A stretch of 63,990 bases of DNA, filler included. It is 3 parts of 3 records of this genome, joined end to end, with 100 filler letters (N's around TTAATTAATTAA, not from the genome) between each part and the next. Parts side by side here need not be neighbours in the genome. Positions count along the whole stretch, not along the records: positions 44,623 to 63,990 come from SRR20825010_2244; 2 more parts are not named here. One strand, 5' to 3'. Position numbers and translations under genes: made by a program. Below, piece by piece: positions 47,296-59,477 of this stretch (position 1 is its first letter; every line of letters starts with the position of its first letter). Under the pieces are notes generated by a model. That model was given only the letters and a program-made list of their open reading frames with translations. It was not told the DNA's origin and did no database searches.

Positions 47296-49704
47296 ATGTC
47301 AACAAATCAAGGAGTTAGCCCAACAGCTCTGGTTGCACCATTCGAAAAACTTCGAATGGAAGATGTAGAAACTGTCGGCGGTAAGAATTCGTCCCTGGGC
47401 GAAATGATCTCCCAGCTCTCGGAAACCGGTGTGCGCGTGCCCGGGGGCTTTGCCACCACGGCCCATGCCTTCCGTGAATTCCTGAAAGCGAACAATCTGG
47501 TTGAGCGCATTAACGCCAAACTGGACGATTTAAACGTCGAAGATGTTCGGGCGTTGACCCAGGCGGGTGCAGAAATTCGCCAGTGGGTCATTGATGCGCC
47601 TTTGCCAGCCGATCTGGAAAAAGAAATTCGCGAATACTACGCCAACATGATGGCGCAAAGTGGCGGCGATATTTCAGTCGCCGTGCGTTCTTCAGCCACG
47701 GCTGAAGACCTGCCAGATGCTTCATTTGCAGGCCAGCAGGAATCTTTCCTGAACGTGACCGGCATTGACGATGTGCTGGAAAAAATCAAGGAAGTGTTTG
47801 CATCGTTGTACAACGATCGCGCCATTTCCTACCGCGTGCACAAGGGCTTTGCCCACGCCGATGTTGCCTTAAGCGCTGGCGTGCAGCGCATGGTACGTTC
47901 GGACAAAGCTTCTTCGGGCGTAATGTTCACCATGGACACCGAAAGCGGTTTTGATCAGGTGGTGTTCATCACCTCCAGCTACGGCCTGGGTGAAACGGTG
48001 GTGCAGGGCGCGGTAAACCCCGACGAATTTTATGTGTTCAAGCCAAAACTGGCCCAAGGCAAGTACCCTGTCATTCGCCGCCAAATCGGTTCCAAGTTGA
48101 TCAAGATGGAATTTGATTTGCAAAAGGAAAGCGGCAAAAGCGTGCGCACCGTGGACGTACCGGCTGAACAACGCAACCGCTATTCCCTGAACGATGAAGA
48201 TGTGATCGAGTTGGCGAAATACGCCATGATCATCGAGAAACATTACGGTCGCCCCATGGACATTGAATGGGGAAAAGACGGCATTGACGGCAAGCTGTAC
48301 ATTTTGCAAGCCCGCCCGGAAACCGTGAATTCCCAGAAAGACAACGATGTGCAGTTGCGCTACAAGCTGAAAGGCAACTCGGCCATTCTTAGTTCTGGCC
48401 GCGCGATTGGCCAGAAAATTGGTGCAGGTTCTGTGCGCGTAATCAACGATTCCTCAGAAATGGACCGCGTTCAAGCTGGTGATATTCTGGTGACCGACAT
48501 GACTGATCCGAACTGGGAACCGGTCATGAAGCGCGCTGCCGCCATTGTGACCAACCGCGGCGGCCGTACCTGCCACGCAGCGATTATTGCCCGTGAACTG
48601 GGCATTCCTGCGGTAGTGGGTTGTGGTGATGCCACTGAAAAACTGAAAGAAGGCATGCTGGTGACAGTAAGCTGCTCCGAAGGTGACACAGGCTATATTT
48701 ACGACGGCCTGCTGGAAACTGAGGTGAGCGAAGTCAAGCGCGGTGCGCTGCCTGAAATTCCCGTGAAAATCATGATGAACGTGGGCAACCCACAACTGGC
48801 ATTTGAATTCTGCCAGCTGCCCAACAAAGGCGTTGGCTTGGCCCGCCTTGAATTCATTATCAACAACGCGATTGGCATTCACCCCAAGGCCATTCTTGAT
48901 TATCCGAACGTGGATGCCGATTTGAAAAAGGCCGTGGAAAGTGTGGCCCGTGGCCATGCCAGCCCGGTCGCGTTTTTTGTCGACAAATTGGCTGAGGGTG
49001 TGGCCACCATTGCAGCGGCGTTTTACCCCAAGCCAGTGATTGTTCGCATGTCCGATTTCAAATCAAATGAATATCGCAAGTTGATTGGTGGCAGCCGTTA
49101 CGAGCCCGAAGAAGAAAACCCGATGTTGGGCTTCCGGGGTGCGGCCCGTTACATTTCCGAGGAATTCTCGGAATGCTTCGAAATGGAATGTTTGGCCTTG
49201 AAGCGCGTGCGCGAACAGATGGGGCTGGACAACGTACAGATCATGATTCCATTTGTGCGCACCTTGAACCAAGCTGCCAAAGTGGTTGACCTGTTGGCAC
49301 GCAATGGTTTGAAGCGTGGCGAAAACGGCCTGAAAGTGATCATGATGTGCGAAGTGCCATCCAACGCCGTGTTGGCTGATCAGTTCCTGGAATACTTCGA
49401 TGGCTTCTCGATTGGATCCAACGACCTGACCCAACTTACCTTGGGGCTGGATCGCGATTCCGGGCTTGAAATTCTTGCCGCTGATTTCGATGAACGCGAC
49501 CCTGCCGTGCGTGCCTTGCTGAGCAAAGCAATTGAGGCTTGCAAATCCAAGGGCAAGTATGTGGGCATTTGCGGGCAAGGGCCTTCAGACCACCCCGATT
49601 TCGCCTTGTGGCTGGCGGGCGAGGGGATTGAATCCATTTCCCTGAACCCCGACACCGTGATCGACACCTGGCAAAAGCTTGCTGACAAGTTCAACAAGGG
49701 CTAA
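47296..49704 (+). CDS. ppsA: Phosphoenolpyruvate synthase
   Basis: [59 protein letters not shown]; start taken as ATG at 47296. Confidence 0.97.
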   Translation: MSTNQGVSPTALVAPFEKLRMEDVETVGGKNSSLGEMISQLSETGVRVPGGFATTAHAFREFLKANNLVERINAKLDDLNVEDVRALTQAGAEIRQWVIDAPLPADLEKEIREYYANMMAQSGGDISVAVRSSATAEDLPDASFAGQQESFLNVTGIDDVLEKIKEVFASLYNDRAISYRVHKGFAHADVALSAGVQRMVRSDKASSGVMFTMDTESGFDQVVFITSSYGLGETVVQGAVNPDEFYVFKPKLAQGKYPVIRRQIGSKLIKMEFDLQKESGKSVRTVDVPAEQRNRYSLNDEDVIELAKYAMIIEKHYGRPMDIEWGKDGIDGKLYILQARPETVNSQKDNDVQLRYKLKGNSAILSSGRAIGQKIGAGSVRVINDSSEMDRVQAGDILVTDMTDPNWEPVMKRAAAIVTNRGGRTCHAAIIARELGIPAVVGCGDATEKLKEGMLVTVSCSEGDTGYIYDGLLETEVSEVKRGALPEIPVKIMMNVGNPQLAFEFCQLPNKGVGLARLEFIINNAIGIHPKAILDYPNVDADLKKAVESVARGHASPVAFFVDKLAEGVATIAAAFYPKPVIVRMSDFKSNEYRKLIGGSRYEPEEENPMLGFRGAARYISEEFSECFEMECLALKRVREQMGLDNVQIMIPFVRTLNQAAKVVDLLARNGLKRGENGLKVIMMCEVPSNAVLADQFLEYFDGFSIGSNDLTQLTLGLDRDSGLEILAADFDERDPAVRALLSKAIEACKSKGKYVGICGQGPSDHPDFALWLAGEGIESISLNPDTVIDTWQKLADKFNKG

Positions 49705-49727
49705 GCAACGAACAAGGAGAAACACCA

Positions 49728-50150
49728 TTGAGCAATTTTTCACTGTGGCTGGTATTGGCGGGCATTTTATTGATTGCCGAGATCACCACAGGCACGTTTT
49801 ACTTGCTCATGGTGTCGCTTGGGGCGGCCATCGGTTCGCTGATGGCCTACCTGGGTTATGGTCTTGAAATTCAAATTGGCGCTGCCGCCGTGTTTGCGGT
49901 GGCAGGCAGCCTTCTTCTTCGCAACCGTTCGCTCAAGCGAAGCAAAACTGACAAACAGCATGACATGCTCGACATTGGCAACAAGCTTGAAATTTCAAGC
50001 TGGGGCGCTGGTGGCCGGGCAAACGTTCAGTACCGCGGTGCCACCTGGGCAGCGGAAAGCACCGACACCACGCCTGTAACAGGCCTGCATCAAATTGTGG
50101 ATGTTCAGGGCAATGTCCTGAAAGTCAAAAGCATTTCCACACACGAATAA
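49728..50150 (+). CDS. NfeD family membrane protein
   Basis: W......L.AE...GTFYLL, C-terminal OB-fold VQYRGATWAA; upstream of an SPFH gene. Confidence 0.85.
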   Translation: MSNFSLWLVLAGILLIAEITTGTFYLLMVSLGAAIGSLMAYLGYGLEIQIGAAAVFAVAGSLLLRNRSLKRSKTDKQHDMLDIGNKLEISSWGAGGRANVQYRGATWAAESTDTTPVTGLHQIVDVQGNVLKVKSISTHE

Positions 50151-50162
50151 AAGGAGAAACTC

Positions 50163-51071
50163 ATGGAAGTGTCCATAGTCATATTGGTTTTGGCGATTGT
50201 GTTTGTCAGCCAGGCACTGCGAATTGTGCCGCAGCAAAGCGCCTGGGTTGTAGAACGTTTGGGCAAATACGACCGCACCTTGCAAGCCGGTTTGAATTTT
50301 CTGGTGCCGTTCATTGAGCGCGTTTCTTACAAACATTCGCTGAAGGAGATTCCGCTTGATGTACCCAGCCAGGTGTGCATTACACGTGACAACACCCAGC
50401 TACAAGTCGATGGTATTTTGTACTTTCAGGTAACCGATGCCATGCGCGCCAGTTATGGGTCGAGCGATTACATCAGCGCGATTACACAGCTGGCCCAAAC
50501 CACCTTGCGCTCGATTATTGGCCGCATGGAGCTGGACAAAACTTTTGAAGAACGCGACATGATCAACGCCGCCATTGTTCAGGCTTTGGACGAGGCAGCA
50601 ATGAACTGGGGCGTCAAGGTACTTCGCTATGAAATCAAAGACTTAACACCACCACGCGAGATTTTACTTTCAATGCAGGCGCAAATTACTGCGGAACGTG
50701 AAAAGCGTGCCTTGATTGCTGCATCCGAAGGCCGCAAGCAGGAACAGATCAACATTGCCAACGGTGAACGGGAATCATCGATTGCCCGCTCGGAGGGTGA
50801 TCGAATTGCAGCAATCAACCGAGCTCAAGGTGAAGCAGGTGCAATCAAGGAAATTGCAGAAGCCACAGCAGAGGCCTTGCGCAAAGTTGCTTCCGCCGTA
50901 GCAGAACCTGGTGGCATGGAGGCTGTTAATTTGCGGGTTGCAGAACAGTACATCGAAGCGTTTTCAGGCGTGGCCAAAGTGGGCAACACACTGATACTAC
51001 CGGGCGACCTTTCCAATATGGGCTCGATGGTGGCTGCTGCCATGCAGGTGGTCAAGCAGGGCAGCAAATAA
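50163..51071 (+). CDS. SPFH/band 7 protein (QmcA-like)
   Basis: VVERLGKY, QVCITRDN..L.VDG, LAQTTLRS, WGVKVLRYEIKD, AEREKRA. Confidence 0.93.
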   Translation: MEVSIVILVLAIVFVSQALRIVPQQSAWVVERLGKYDRTLQAGLNFLVPFIERVSYKHSLKEIPLDVPSQVCITRDNTQLQVDGILYFQVTDAMRASYGSSDYISAITQLAQTTLRSIIGRMELDKTFEERDMINAAIVQALDEAAMNWGVKVLRYEIKDLTPPREILLSMQAQITAEREKRALIAASEGRKQEQINIANGERESSIARSEGDRIAAINRAQGEAGAIKEIAEATAEALRKVASAVAEPGGMEAVNLRVAEQYIEAFSGVAKVGNTLILPGDLSNMGSMVAAAMQVVKQGSK

Positions 51072-51077
51072 GCCGTG

Positions 51078-52085
51078 CTAGTTGGCTGCGGCTATTTTGC
51101 GCAACGAGACATCTGTATTAACAAGCTTAAGCGTGTTGAGCGTCTTTTTTAGCGCTAGCACGCCTTTGCTGGTGATCAGTGGGCAATATCTCAAATTGAT
51201 TGCTTTCAAATTTCTAAATTTGGAAGATGAATGTAGGTTGCCTAAACCTGCATCAGAAATTTGTGTGCACTGGTCCAGTATCAGTGATTCCAGTTTGTCC
51301 AGTTTTCTCAATTCACGCAGACCTGTGTTTGTAAATTGCGTGCACGCGGTAAGGATCAGGTGTTTAAGCTGATGCATGTTTGGCAGGCAGGCCATAATTT
51401 CATCGTCAACTTGAGGGCAATTCATCAAATCCAGCACTTCAACGTTGTCGATCATATTGGAAAGGTACACCAAACCTGTTTTGCTAATTCCATGGCAACC
51501 CGCAAGCGAAAGATTTTTCAATTTGAGCATATTCGCCAAGTGAAGCAGGTCGCTGTCGTTCAATTGAGTGCAACCCGTTAGGTCCAGATTATTTAGCGCT
51601 GGAAATTTCTGACTCAAAACCCCCAACGCCGCACCAGTTAATTTTTTGCAAAAGGACAAATTAACCCCTGTCACCCTGCTTAAATCAATACTCAGGCTTT
51701 GAACGGAAACAAAATTGTCTAATAGACAATCTGTTAAAGACTTTGGCAAAGACAAATTAAAGCAACCGTTTGGCAACGCTTTAATTTTTATGTCGCCCAG
51801 CTCATCGTTATCAATAAACTGCAGCAAAGCCTCGTCTGCTGAGGTAGTAGCCTGGAAAAATTCCTCAGATAAATTGGCGAACATTTGCCTCGGCGGGTTT
51901 CCAGATGGCCCGGTGGAAGCAATGGAAGGCGGTGCACCCAATGCCATTCTCGCACGGGTGCCAATGAATGCGGAAGCCTTGGCAAGCACCGACATCCCCG
52001 AATGTTCAGACGAGTGGGGATCATTCGCGTTGTCATTTGTACTTGCGGTACTTCTAGATACTGATCCGTGTGCAATTCTATCCAT
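51078..52085 (-). CDS. Cysteine-containing leucine-rich repeat protein (FBXL/GALA-like), candidate secreted effector
   Basis: About 7 repeats of LxxLxLxxCxxIxDxGLxxL; Ser/Thr/Pro-rich disordered N-terminus; visibly more AT-rich than its neighbours. Confidence 0.8.
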   Translation of the reverse strand: MDRIAHGSVSRSTASTNDNANDPHSSEHSGMSVLAKASAFIGTRARMALGAPPSIASTGPSGNPPRQMFANLSEEFFQATTSADEALLQFIDNDELGDIKIKALPNGCFNLSLPKSLTDCLLDNFVSVQSLSIDLSRVTGVNLSFCKKLTGAALGVLSQKFPALNNLDLTGCTQLNDSDLLHLANMLKLKNLSLAGCHGISKTGLVYLSNMIDNVEVLDLMNCPQVDDEIMACLPNMHQLKHLILTACTQFTNTGLRELRKLDKLESLILDQCTQISDAGLGNLHSSSKFRNLKAINLRYCPLITSKGVLALKKTLNTLKLVNTDVSLRKIAAAN

Positions 52086-52120
52086 GGCAAAGCGGGCCTC
52101 AAAAAACTTTAAAAGACCTT

Positions 52121-52148
52121 TTGGTAGCCACTTGCAAGCAAAGGTTCC
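52121..52148 (-). promoter_or_regulatory. hrp-box-like ECF promoter GGAACC-N15-CTACCAA upstream of the LRR gene
   Basis: Minus strand GGAACCTTTGCTTGCAAGTGGCTACCAA; one mismatch to the HrpL consensus GGAACC-N15/16-CCACNNA. Confidence 0.5.
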
Positions 52149-52158
52149 TTCCGTTTTT

Positions 52159-52608
52159 TTATACCCGATGGATCTTCATCAGGCGTTCCTGCTCGCGTTT
52201 CCAGTCTTTGTCTTTTAGTGTGTCGCGCTTGTCGTGCTGTTTTTTGCCTTTGGCCAGCGCCATGTCCACCTTTACACGGCCATTTTTGTAATGCATGTTC
52301 AAAGGCACCAGGGAATAGCCTTTTTGCTCCACCTTACCAATCAAGCGGCTTATTTCTTTCTTGTGCATCAACAGCTTGCGCGTACGGGTATTCACAGGGT
52401 TCACGTGTGTGGACGCGCTGGTCAAGGGCGATATGTGGCAATTCAACAGCCACAGTTCACCATTGCGAACCACAATATGGCTTTCCTTGATTTGCACGCG
52501 GCCGTCGCGAATGGCCTTGACTTCCCAGCCCTCCAGCACAATTCCCGCTTCGTACTTCTCTTCAATGAAGTAATCAAAACCTGCTTTTTTGTTCTCAATA
52601 ATGCTCAT
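52159..52608 (-). CDS. smpB: SsrA-binding protein
   Basis: [42 protein letters not shown]. Confidence 0.97.
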   Translation of the reverse strand: MSIIENKKAGFDYFIEEKYEAGIVLEGWEVKAIRDGRVQIKESHIVVRNGELWLLNCHISPLTSASTHVNPVNTRTRKLLMHKKEISRLIGKVEQKGYSLVPLNMHYKNGRVKVDMALAKGKKQHDKRDTLKDKDWKREQERLMKIHRV

Positions 52609-52709
52609 GAATTCGACGAATACTTCCCTTGGGTGCGGTGCGGCGTGAAAAACGCTAAAATAGAGAGTTTAATCCTTTCTCCCCACGGGAAACAAACCCG
52701 GCACCGTTC

Positions 52710-53152
52710 ATGGCCATTGTAGAGAAATCCGTATTAGTTCATTTTTCAGCGCATCAAATGTTCAATTTGGTGCGAGCTGTGGCTGACTACCCGCAGTTTT
52801 TGCCCTGGTGTGGCGCGGGAATTATCGAGCCTGTAGAGCCCAATGTTGAAAAAGCAACTGTTGAAATAGCGTTCAAAGGTATCCGGCAAAGTTTTTGCAC
52901 CATGAACAAACTGACACCGCATGAAGAAATTCACATGACCCTGGTTGACGGCCCATTCACGCATCTTGAAGGCACATGGCATTTTCTGGAACTGACACCG
53001 CAGGCCTGCAAAGTGCACTTCAAGCTGGAATATGAATTTTCCAGCAAGCTGCTTGAGCAACTGGTAGGGCCAGTATTTACCGGCCTGGCCAACAGCTTCG
53101 TGGATTCATTCATCAAGCGTGCAGAAACCCTGCACAGCAGCGGGACAGGCCA

Positions 53153-53156
<4 letters not shown>
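52710..53156 (+). CDS. ratA: RatA/PasT (Coq10-like START domain) protein
   Basis: MF.LV..V.DYPQFLPWC, GPF.HLEG.W.F, F.KRA; divergent from smpB as usual. Confidence 0.9.
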
Positions 53157-55062
<1,906 letters not shown>

Positions 55063-55084
55063 GGTGAACTGAGGTTCAGCGCCC

Positions 55085-56077
55085 ATGAAAAAACCCGACA
55101 TCCCTGAGAACGAGGAAGAAAGAACGCGCGCCATTGACGAGTTGGGAATTGTTTACTCCCCCTCCGAGGCGCGATTCGACCGGATCACGCGCCTGGCCTG
55201 TCGGCATTTTGAAGTTCACACTGCATTGGTCACCATTGTCTACAAGGAAATTCAATGGTTTAAGTCGCTTCAGGGAATGAATGCCTGTTCCACGAATCGG
55301 GAAATTTCCTTTTGTGGGCATGCCATTGTGAGCGAAGAAGCCTTGGTGGTTGAAAATGCCTTGCTTGATCCTCGATTCATGGACAATCCGCTGGTTCTCG
55401 ATGGCCCAAAAATTCGGTTCTATGCTGGTCAACCCATCAAAGATGCATTTGGGCTGACCATTGGAACCCTTTGTTTGATTGACAGTGTGCCCCGTGCCTT
55501 CTCGCAAGAAGATCGCCAGGATCTGCGGGATTTTGCACGCCTGATCGAAGCCGAAGTAGCCAAGCCGATCGATGACAACGTGCTGACCCGCTTCATCCGG
55601 TCATTGACTGAAAAGCAGCGCTCACTGTTGATCGACCCCGTTGTGGGCTCGTGGAATAGGCGCGGGTTTGAAGCACTTTTGAACAAGGAAATTGAACACG
55701 CGGCCAACCACGGCGAAGAATTGGCGCTTGTTCTCGTCAAGCTCTCTTCGCTCGATTTGATATTGAACCGCTTTGGTCGCGATCGAATGGTGGATTTCAG
55801 TAAATTCACTGCCTCCATCGTGCGAGATGTTTTACCAAATGGCTCAAGCATTGGCTCGCTCGGTGCCGATGCCTTTGTGGCTGTGTGCTCTGGAATGGTT
55901 GCATCAGAAATCGCTTGCTTGATCGAGCAACTGAAAGCGCGTTTCGGGCAAACCACGCTTGAAACCCATGGTGTGAAAGCCCTTGTTGATGTTGATATCA
56001 CTTTGCTCTCCCTTTCAGGAGACGACCTGAAATGTACATCAGTGCAAGCTGTAGACAAGCTACTGAGCCTTAGCTGA
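55085..56077 (+). CDS. GAF domain + degenerate GGDEF-like domain protein
   Basis: E.ER..A..EL.I....E.RFDRITRLA, SFCGHAI, D.RF.DNPLV...PKIRFYAG.P, GTLCLID; DPVVGSWNRR; LGADAF in place of GGDEF. Confidence 0.8.
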   Translation: MKKPDIPENEEERTRAIDELGIVYSPSEARFDRITRLACRHFEVHTALVTIVYKEIQWFKSLQGMNACSTNREISFCGHAIVSEEALVVENALLDPRFMDNPLVLDGPKIRFYAGQPIKDAFGLTIGTLCLIDSVPRAFSQEDRQDLRDFARLIEAEVAKPIDDNVLTRFIRSLTEKQRSLLIDPVVGSWNRRGFEALLNKEIEHAANHGEELALVLVKLSSLDLILNRFGRDRMVDFSKFTASIVRDVLPNGSSIGSLGADAFVAVCSGMVASEIACLIEQLKARFGQTTLETHGVKALVDVDITLLSLSGDDLKCTSVQAVDKLLSLS

Positions 56078-56134
56078 AACGTTATCCCGCACTGGCCTTC
56101 GGCAACAACCTTTAAGACAATCAAAGAACTTTTC

Positions 56135-57757
56135 ATGATTCATCAAAAAATTCTCGTACTCGACTTTGGTTCACAAGTCACCCAGCTTATTGCGCGCCGA
56201 GTGCGCGAATGTGGCGTATTTTGTGAAATTCTGCCCTGTGATGTTGAGCCACAGCGCATCAAAGACTACGGCGCTTCCGGCATCATTTTGTCGGGCAGCC
56301 ACCAGTCGGCCTATGCCGACAGCACCGACAAAGCGCCTGAACTGGTTTTTGAGCTGGGCGTACCAGTACTGGGCATTTGCTACGGCATGCAAACCATGGC
56401 CATGCAACTGGGTGGCAAAGTGGAAGCGGGTACCGTGCGGGAATTTGGTCACGCACAAATTCGGGCACATGGCCACACCAAATTGTTTGACGGCATTCAG
56501 GATGAAACCAACGAGCTGGGCCATGGCCTGCTGAACGTGTGGATGAGCCACGGCGACAAGGTAACCGAACTGCCAAGTGGCTTCAAACTGATGGCCTCGA
56601 CACCGTCTTGCCCAATCGCAGGCATGGCTGACGAAGTACGTGGTTTTTACGGTGTGCAGTTTCACCCCGAAGTCACCCACACCAAAAAGGGCAAGGAAAT
56701 TCTGGCCCGGTTTGTACGCAATATTTGCGGCTGCAAAGGCGATTGGTCCATGCCCAGCTTCGTCGAAGAAGCCGTGGAAAAAATTCGCCAACAAGTGGGC
56801 ACCGATGAGGTAATTTTGGGCTTGTCGGGCGGGGTCGATTCCTCTGTGGCGGCAGCGCTGATTCACAAAGCCATTGGCGACCAGCTTACCTGCGTGTTCG
56901 TGGATCACGGCCTGTTGCGCTTCAAGGAAGGCGAACAGGTCATGGAAACCTTCGCAAAGCACTTGGGCGTGCGCGTGGTGCATGTGAACGCATGCGAAGA
57001 ATTCATGGGCCAGTTGCAGGGCGTAAGCGACCCCGAAGCCAAACGCAAAATTATCGGCAAAGCGTTCGTAGACGTATTCCAGCGTGAAGCAGGGCAGCGA
57101 GCGAACGCCAAGTGGTTGGCCCAGGGCACCATTTATCCCGATGTTATCGAATCGGCAGGTGCAAAAACAGGCAAAGCCGCCAGCATCAAAAGCCATCACA
57201 ACGTGGGCGGCCTACCCGACACATTGAATTTGAAATTGCTTGAGCCCCTGCGCGACCTGTTCAAAGATGAAGTGCGCAAACTGGGTGTTGAGTTGGGCCT
57301 GGACCCTGAAATGGTGTACCGCCACCCATTCCCTGGCCCCGGCCTGGGCGTTCGAATTTTGGGCGAGGTAAAAGCTGAATATGCGGAAATTCTGCAGTTG
57401 GCTGATGCCGTGTTCATTGAAGAACTGCGCAACACAAAAGCCACGGCAAAAGACGCCGCCGCTGAACTGTGCACCGAAGATCAAATTGGCAAATCCTGGT
57501 ACGACCTGACAAGCCAGGCCTTCGCCGTGTTTTTGCCCGTGAAATCGGTGGGCGTAATGGGCGACGGCCGCACCTACGAATACGTGGTGGCCATTCGCGC
57601 CGTGCAAACCCTGGACTTCATGACCGCACACTGGGCACACCTGCCGTATTCTTTGCTGGGCCGCATTTCCAACCGAATCATCAACGAGGTGCGTGGTGTA
57701 AACCGGGTTGTTTATGACGTGTCTGGAAAGCCGCCAGCCACGATTGAGTGGGAATAA
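56135..57757 (+). CDS. guaA: GMP synthase (glutamine-hydrolysing)
   Basis: [43 protein letters not shown]. Confidence 0.98.
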   Translation: MIHQKILVLDFGSQVTQLIARRVRECGVFCEILPCDVEPQRIKDYGASGIILSGSHQSAYADSTDKAPELVFELGVPVLGICYGMQTMAMQLGGKVEAGTVREFGHAQIRAHGHTKLFDGIQDETNELGHGLLNVWMSHGDKVTELPSGFKLMASTPSCPIAGMADEVRGFYGVQFHPEVTHTKKGKEILARFVRNICGCKGDWSMPSFVEEAVEKIRQQVGTDEVILGLSGGVDSSVAAALIHKAIGDQLTCVFVDHGLLRFKEGEQVMETFAKHLGVRVVHVNACEEFMGQLQGVSDPEAKRKIIGKAFVDVFQREAGQRANAKWLAQGTIYPDVIESAGAKTGKAASIKSHHNVGGLPDTLNLKLLEPLRDLFKDEVRKLGVELGLDPEMVYRHPFPGPGLGVRILGEVKAEYAEILQLADAVFIEELRNTKATAKDAAAELCTEDQIGKSWYDLTSQAFAVFLPVKSVGVMGDGRTYEYVVAIRAVQTLDFMTAHWAHLPYSLLGRISNRIINEVRGVNRVVYDVSGKPPATIEWE

Positions 57758-57798
57758 CACACCACCCAACGCCAGTCACTTACCCCAGCCTTACAGGG

Positions 57799-57822
57799 AA
57801 GCCCGCAATTGCGGGCTTTTTT
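57799..57822 (+). terminator. Intrinsic terminator after guaA
   Basis: AAGCCCGC-AATT-GCGGGC followed by a T6 tract. Confidence 0.85.
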
Positions 57823-57950
57823 GCATTCAGGGGGTGAGGTTTGCCCTAATTCCCGAATGAATATTCACATGCCACCATCGTTGACGATATTTAACCATCA
57901 GTGCGGCCCGGCATTGAACGGTACAACGAAAAATACAACATGGAGAACCC

Positions 57951-58721
57951 ATGGCAGAAGTCGTGTTGGAGACAAGGGCGTTGACCAAGGAATTCAAGGG
58001 ATTCACTGCGGTCAGCGACGTGAATTTAAAAGTGCAGCGTGGGCACATCCATGCGCTGATCGGCCCGAATGGTGCCGGTAAAACCACCTGTTTCAATCTG
58101 TTGACAAAATTTTTAACGCCCACATCCGGGCAAATTTTGTTCAACGGCAAGGAAATAACATCGGCCAGACCAGCCCAAATTGCGCGGCAGGGCATCATTC
58201 GATCGTTTCAAATCTCGGCAGTATTTCCCCACCTTACCGTGCTGGAAAACGTGCGCATTGGTCTGCAGCGCCCACTCGGTAATTCGTTTTATTTTTGGCA
58301 AAACGAGAAAAAACTTTCTGTGTTGAATGACAGGGCGATGGAACTGTTGACCTTGGTTGACCTGGAAAGTTTTGCAGACACCATGACAGTGGACTTGCCC
58401 TATGGCCGCAAGCGGGCACTTGAAATAGCAACCACGCTGGGCATGGAACCTGAACTGATGTTGCTGGATGAGCCAACGCAGGGCATGGGCCACGAAGATG
58501 TGCACCGGGTAACCCAACTGATCAAAAAGGTATCTGCTGGCCGAACCATCCTGATGGTGGAACACAATATGAATGTAGTGGCCGGGATATGTGACCGTAT
58601 TTCCGTGTTGCAACGTGGCGCGGTGCTGGCTGAAGGCAATTACGCCGAAGTGTCTCGCAACCCCGCTGTAATGGAAGCCTACATGGGTTCCAGCACAGAC
58701 GTACTGGAGGGCGCGCACTGA
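57951..58721 (+). CDS. HAAT (branched-chain amino acid-type) ABC transporter ATPase, LivG-like
   Basis: [36 protein letters not shown]. Confidence 0.9.
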   Translation: MAEVVLETRALTKEFKGFTAVSDVNLKVQRGHIHALIGPNGAGKTTCFNLLTKFLTPTSGQILFNGKEITSARPAQIARQGIIRSFQISAVFPHLTVLENVRIGLQRPLGNSFYFWQNEKKLSVLNDRAMELLTLVDLESFADTMTVDLPYGRKRALEIATTLGMEPELMLLDEPTQGMGHEDVHRVTQLIKKVSAGRTILMVEHNMNVVAGICDRISVLQRGAVLAEGNYAEVSRNPAVMEAYMGSSTDVLEGAH

Positions 58722-59431
58722 TGGGCACTCCGGCACTTGAAATCAAAGGGCTGCACGCCTGGTATGGTGAATCGCACATTCTTCACGACCTGAACCTGAC
58801 CGTTCAAACCGGCGAAGTCGTGACCTTGTTGGGGCGAAATGGCGCAGGGCGTACCAGCACGCTTCGCGCCATCATGGGTTTGACGGGTTCACGCAAAGGA
58901 TCAATCAAGATCAATGGGGTCGAGGCAATCAACCTGCCCACCCACAAAATTGCGCACTTGGGTGTGGGTTACTGCCCTGAAGAACGCGGCATTTTTTCAT
59001 CGCTTTCTGCTGAAGAAAACCTGATGCTGCCGCCCTTTGTATCCAAAACAGACAAGGGCATGAGCGTTGCTGAAATTTACGAGATGTTTCCCAACCTGGC
59101 CGAACGAAAAAACAGCCAGGGCACGCGCCTGTCGGGCGGTGAACAACAAATGCTGGCCGTTGCGCGAATTCTTCGCACCGGCGCAAAACTGCTGCTGCTG
59201 GATGAAATTTCAGAAGGCCTGGCCCCTGTAATTGTCCAAGCCTTGGCCAAAATGATCACCACCCTGAAAGCCAAAGGCTACACCATCGTGATGGTGGAAC
59301 AGAATTTCCGTTTTGCGGCCCCCTTGGCAGACCGCTTCTACGTGGTGGAACATGGACAAATTGTGGAAGCATTTGCATCCAGGGAACTCGATGAAAAAAT
59401 GCCCGTGCTGCATTCGCTGCTGGGCGTATAA
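58721..59431 (+). CDS. HAAT ABC transporter ATPase, LivF-like
   Basis: GRNGAGRTS, PEERGIF, LSGGEQQMLA, VEQN. Confidence 0.9.
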   Translation: MGTPALEIKGLHAWYGESHILHDLNLTVQTGEVVTLLGRNGAGRTSTLRAIMGLTGSRKGSIKINGVEAINLPTHKIAHLGVGYCPEERGIFSSLSAEENLMLPPFVSKTDKGMSVAEIYEMFPNLAERKNSQGTRLSGGEQQMLAVARILRTGAKLLLLDEISEGLAPVIVQALAKMITTLKAKGYTIVMVEQNFRFAAPLADRFYVVEHGQIVEAFASRELDEKMPVLHSLLGV

Positions 59432-59477
59432 AAAACCAACCTTTCAAGGGATTGGACTTAAACCAAAGGAGATGATG

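Noticed and set aside
52086-52709. tmRNA (ssrA) next to smpB
   Set aside because: The flanking gaps are only about 70-100 bp and no GGGG...CCA tRNA-like ends are visible.
56171-57199. 342-aa antisense ORF, and the many other overlapping ORFs in contig 3 (e.g. 55429-56136, 58113-58736, 62238-62882)
   Set aside because: Shadow frames of well-supported genes in higher-GC DNA, with no recognisable motifs.
57740-57830. Genomic island at the guaA 3' end, a known integration hotspot
   Set aside because: No integrase follows and I saw no duplicated guaA 3' end; the site appears empty.
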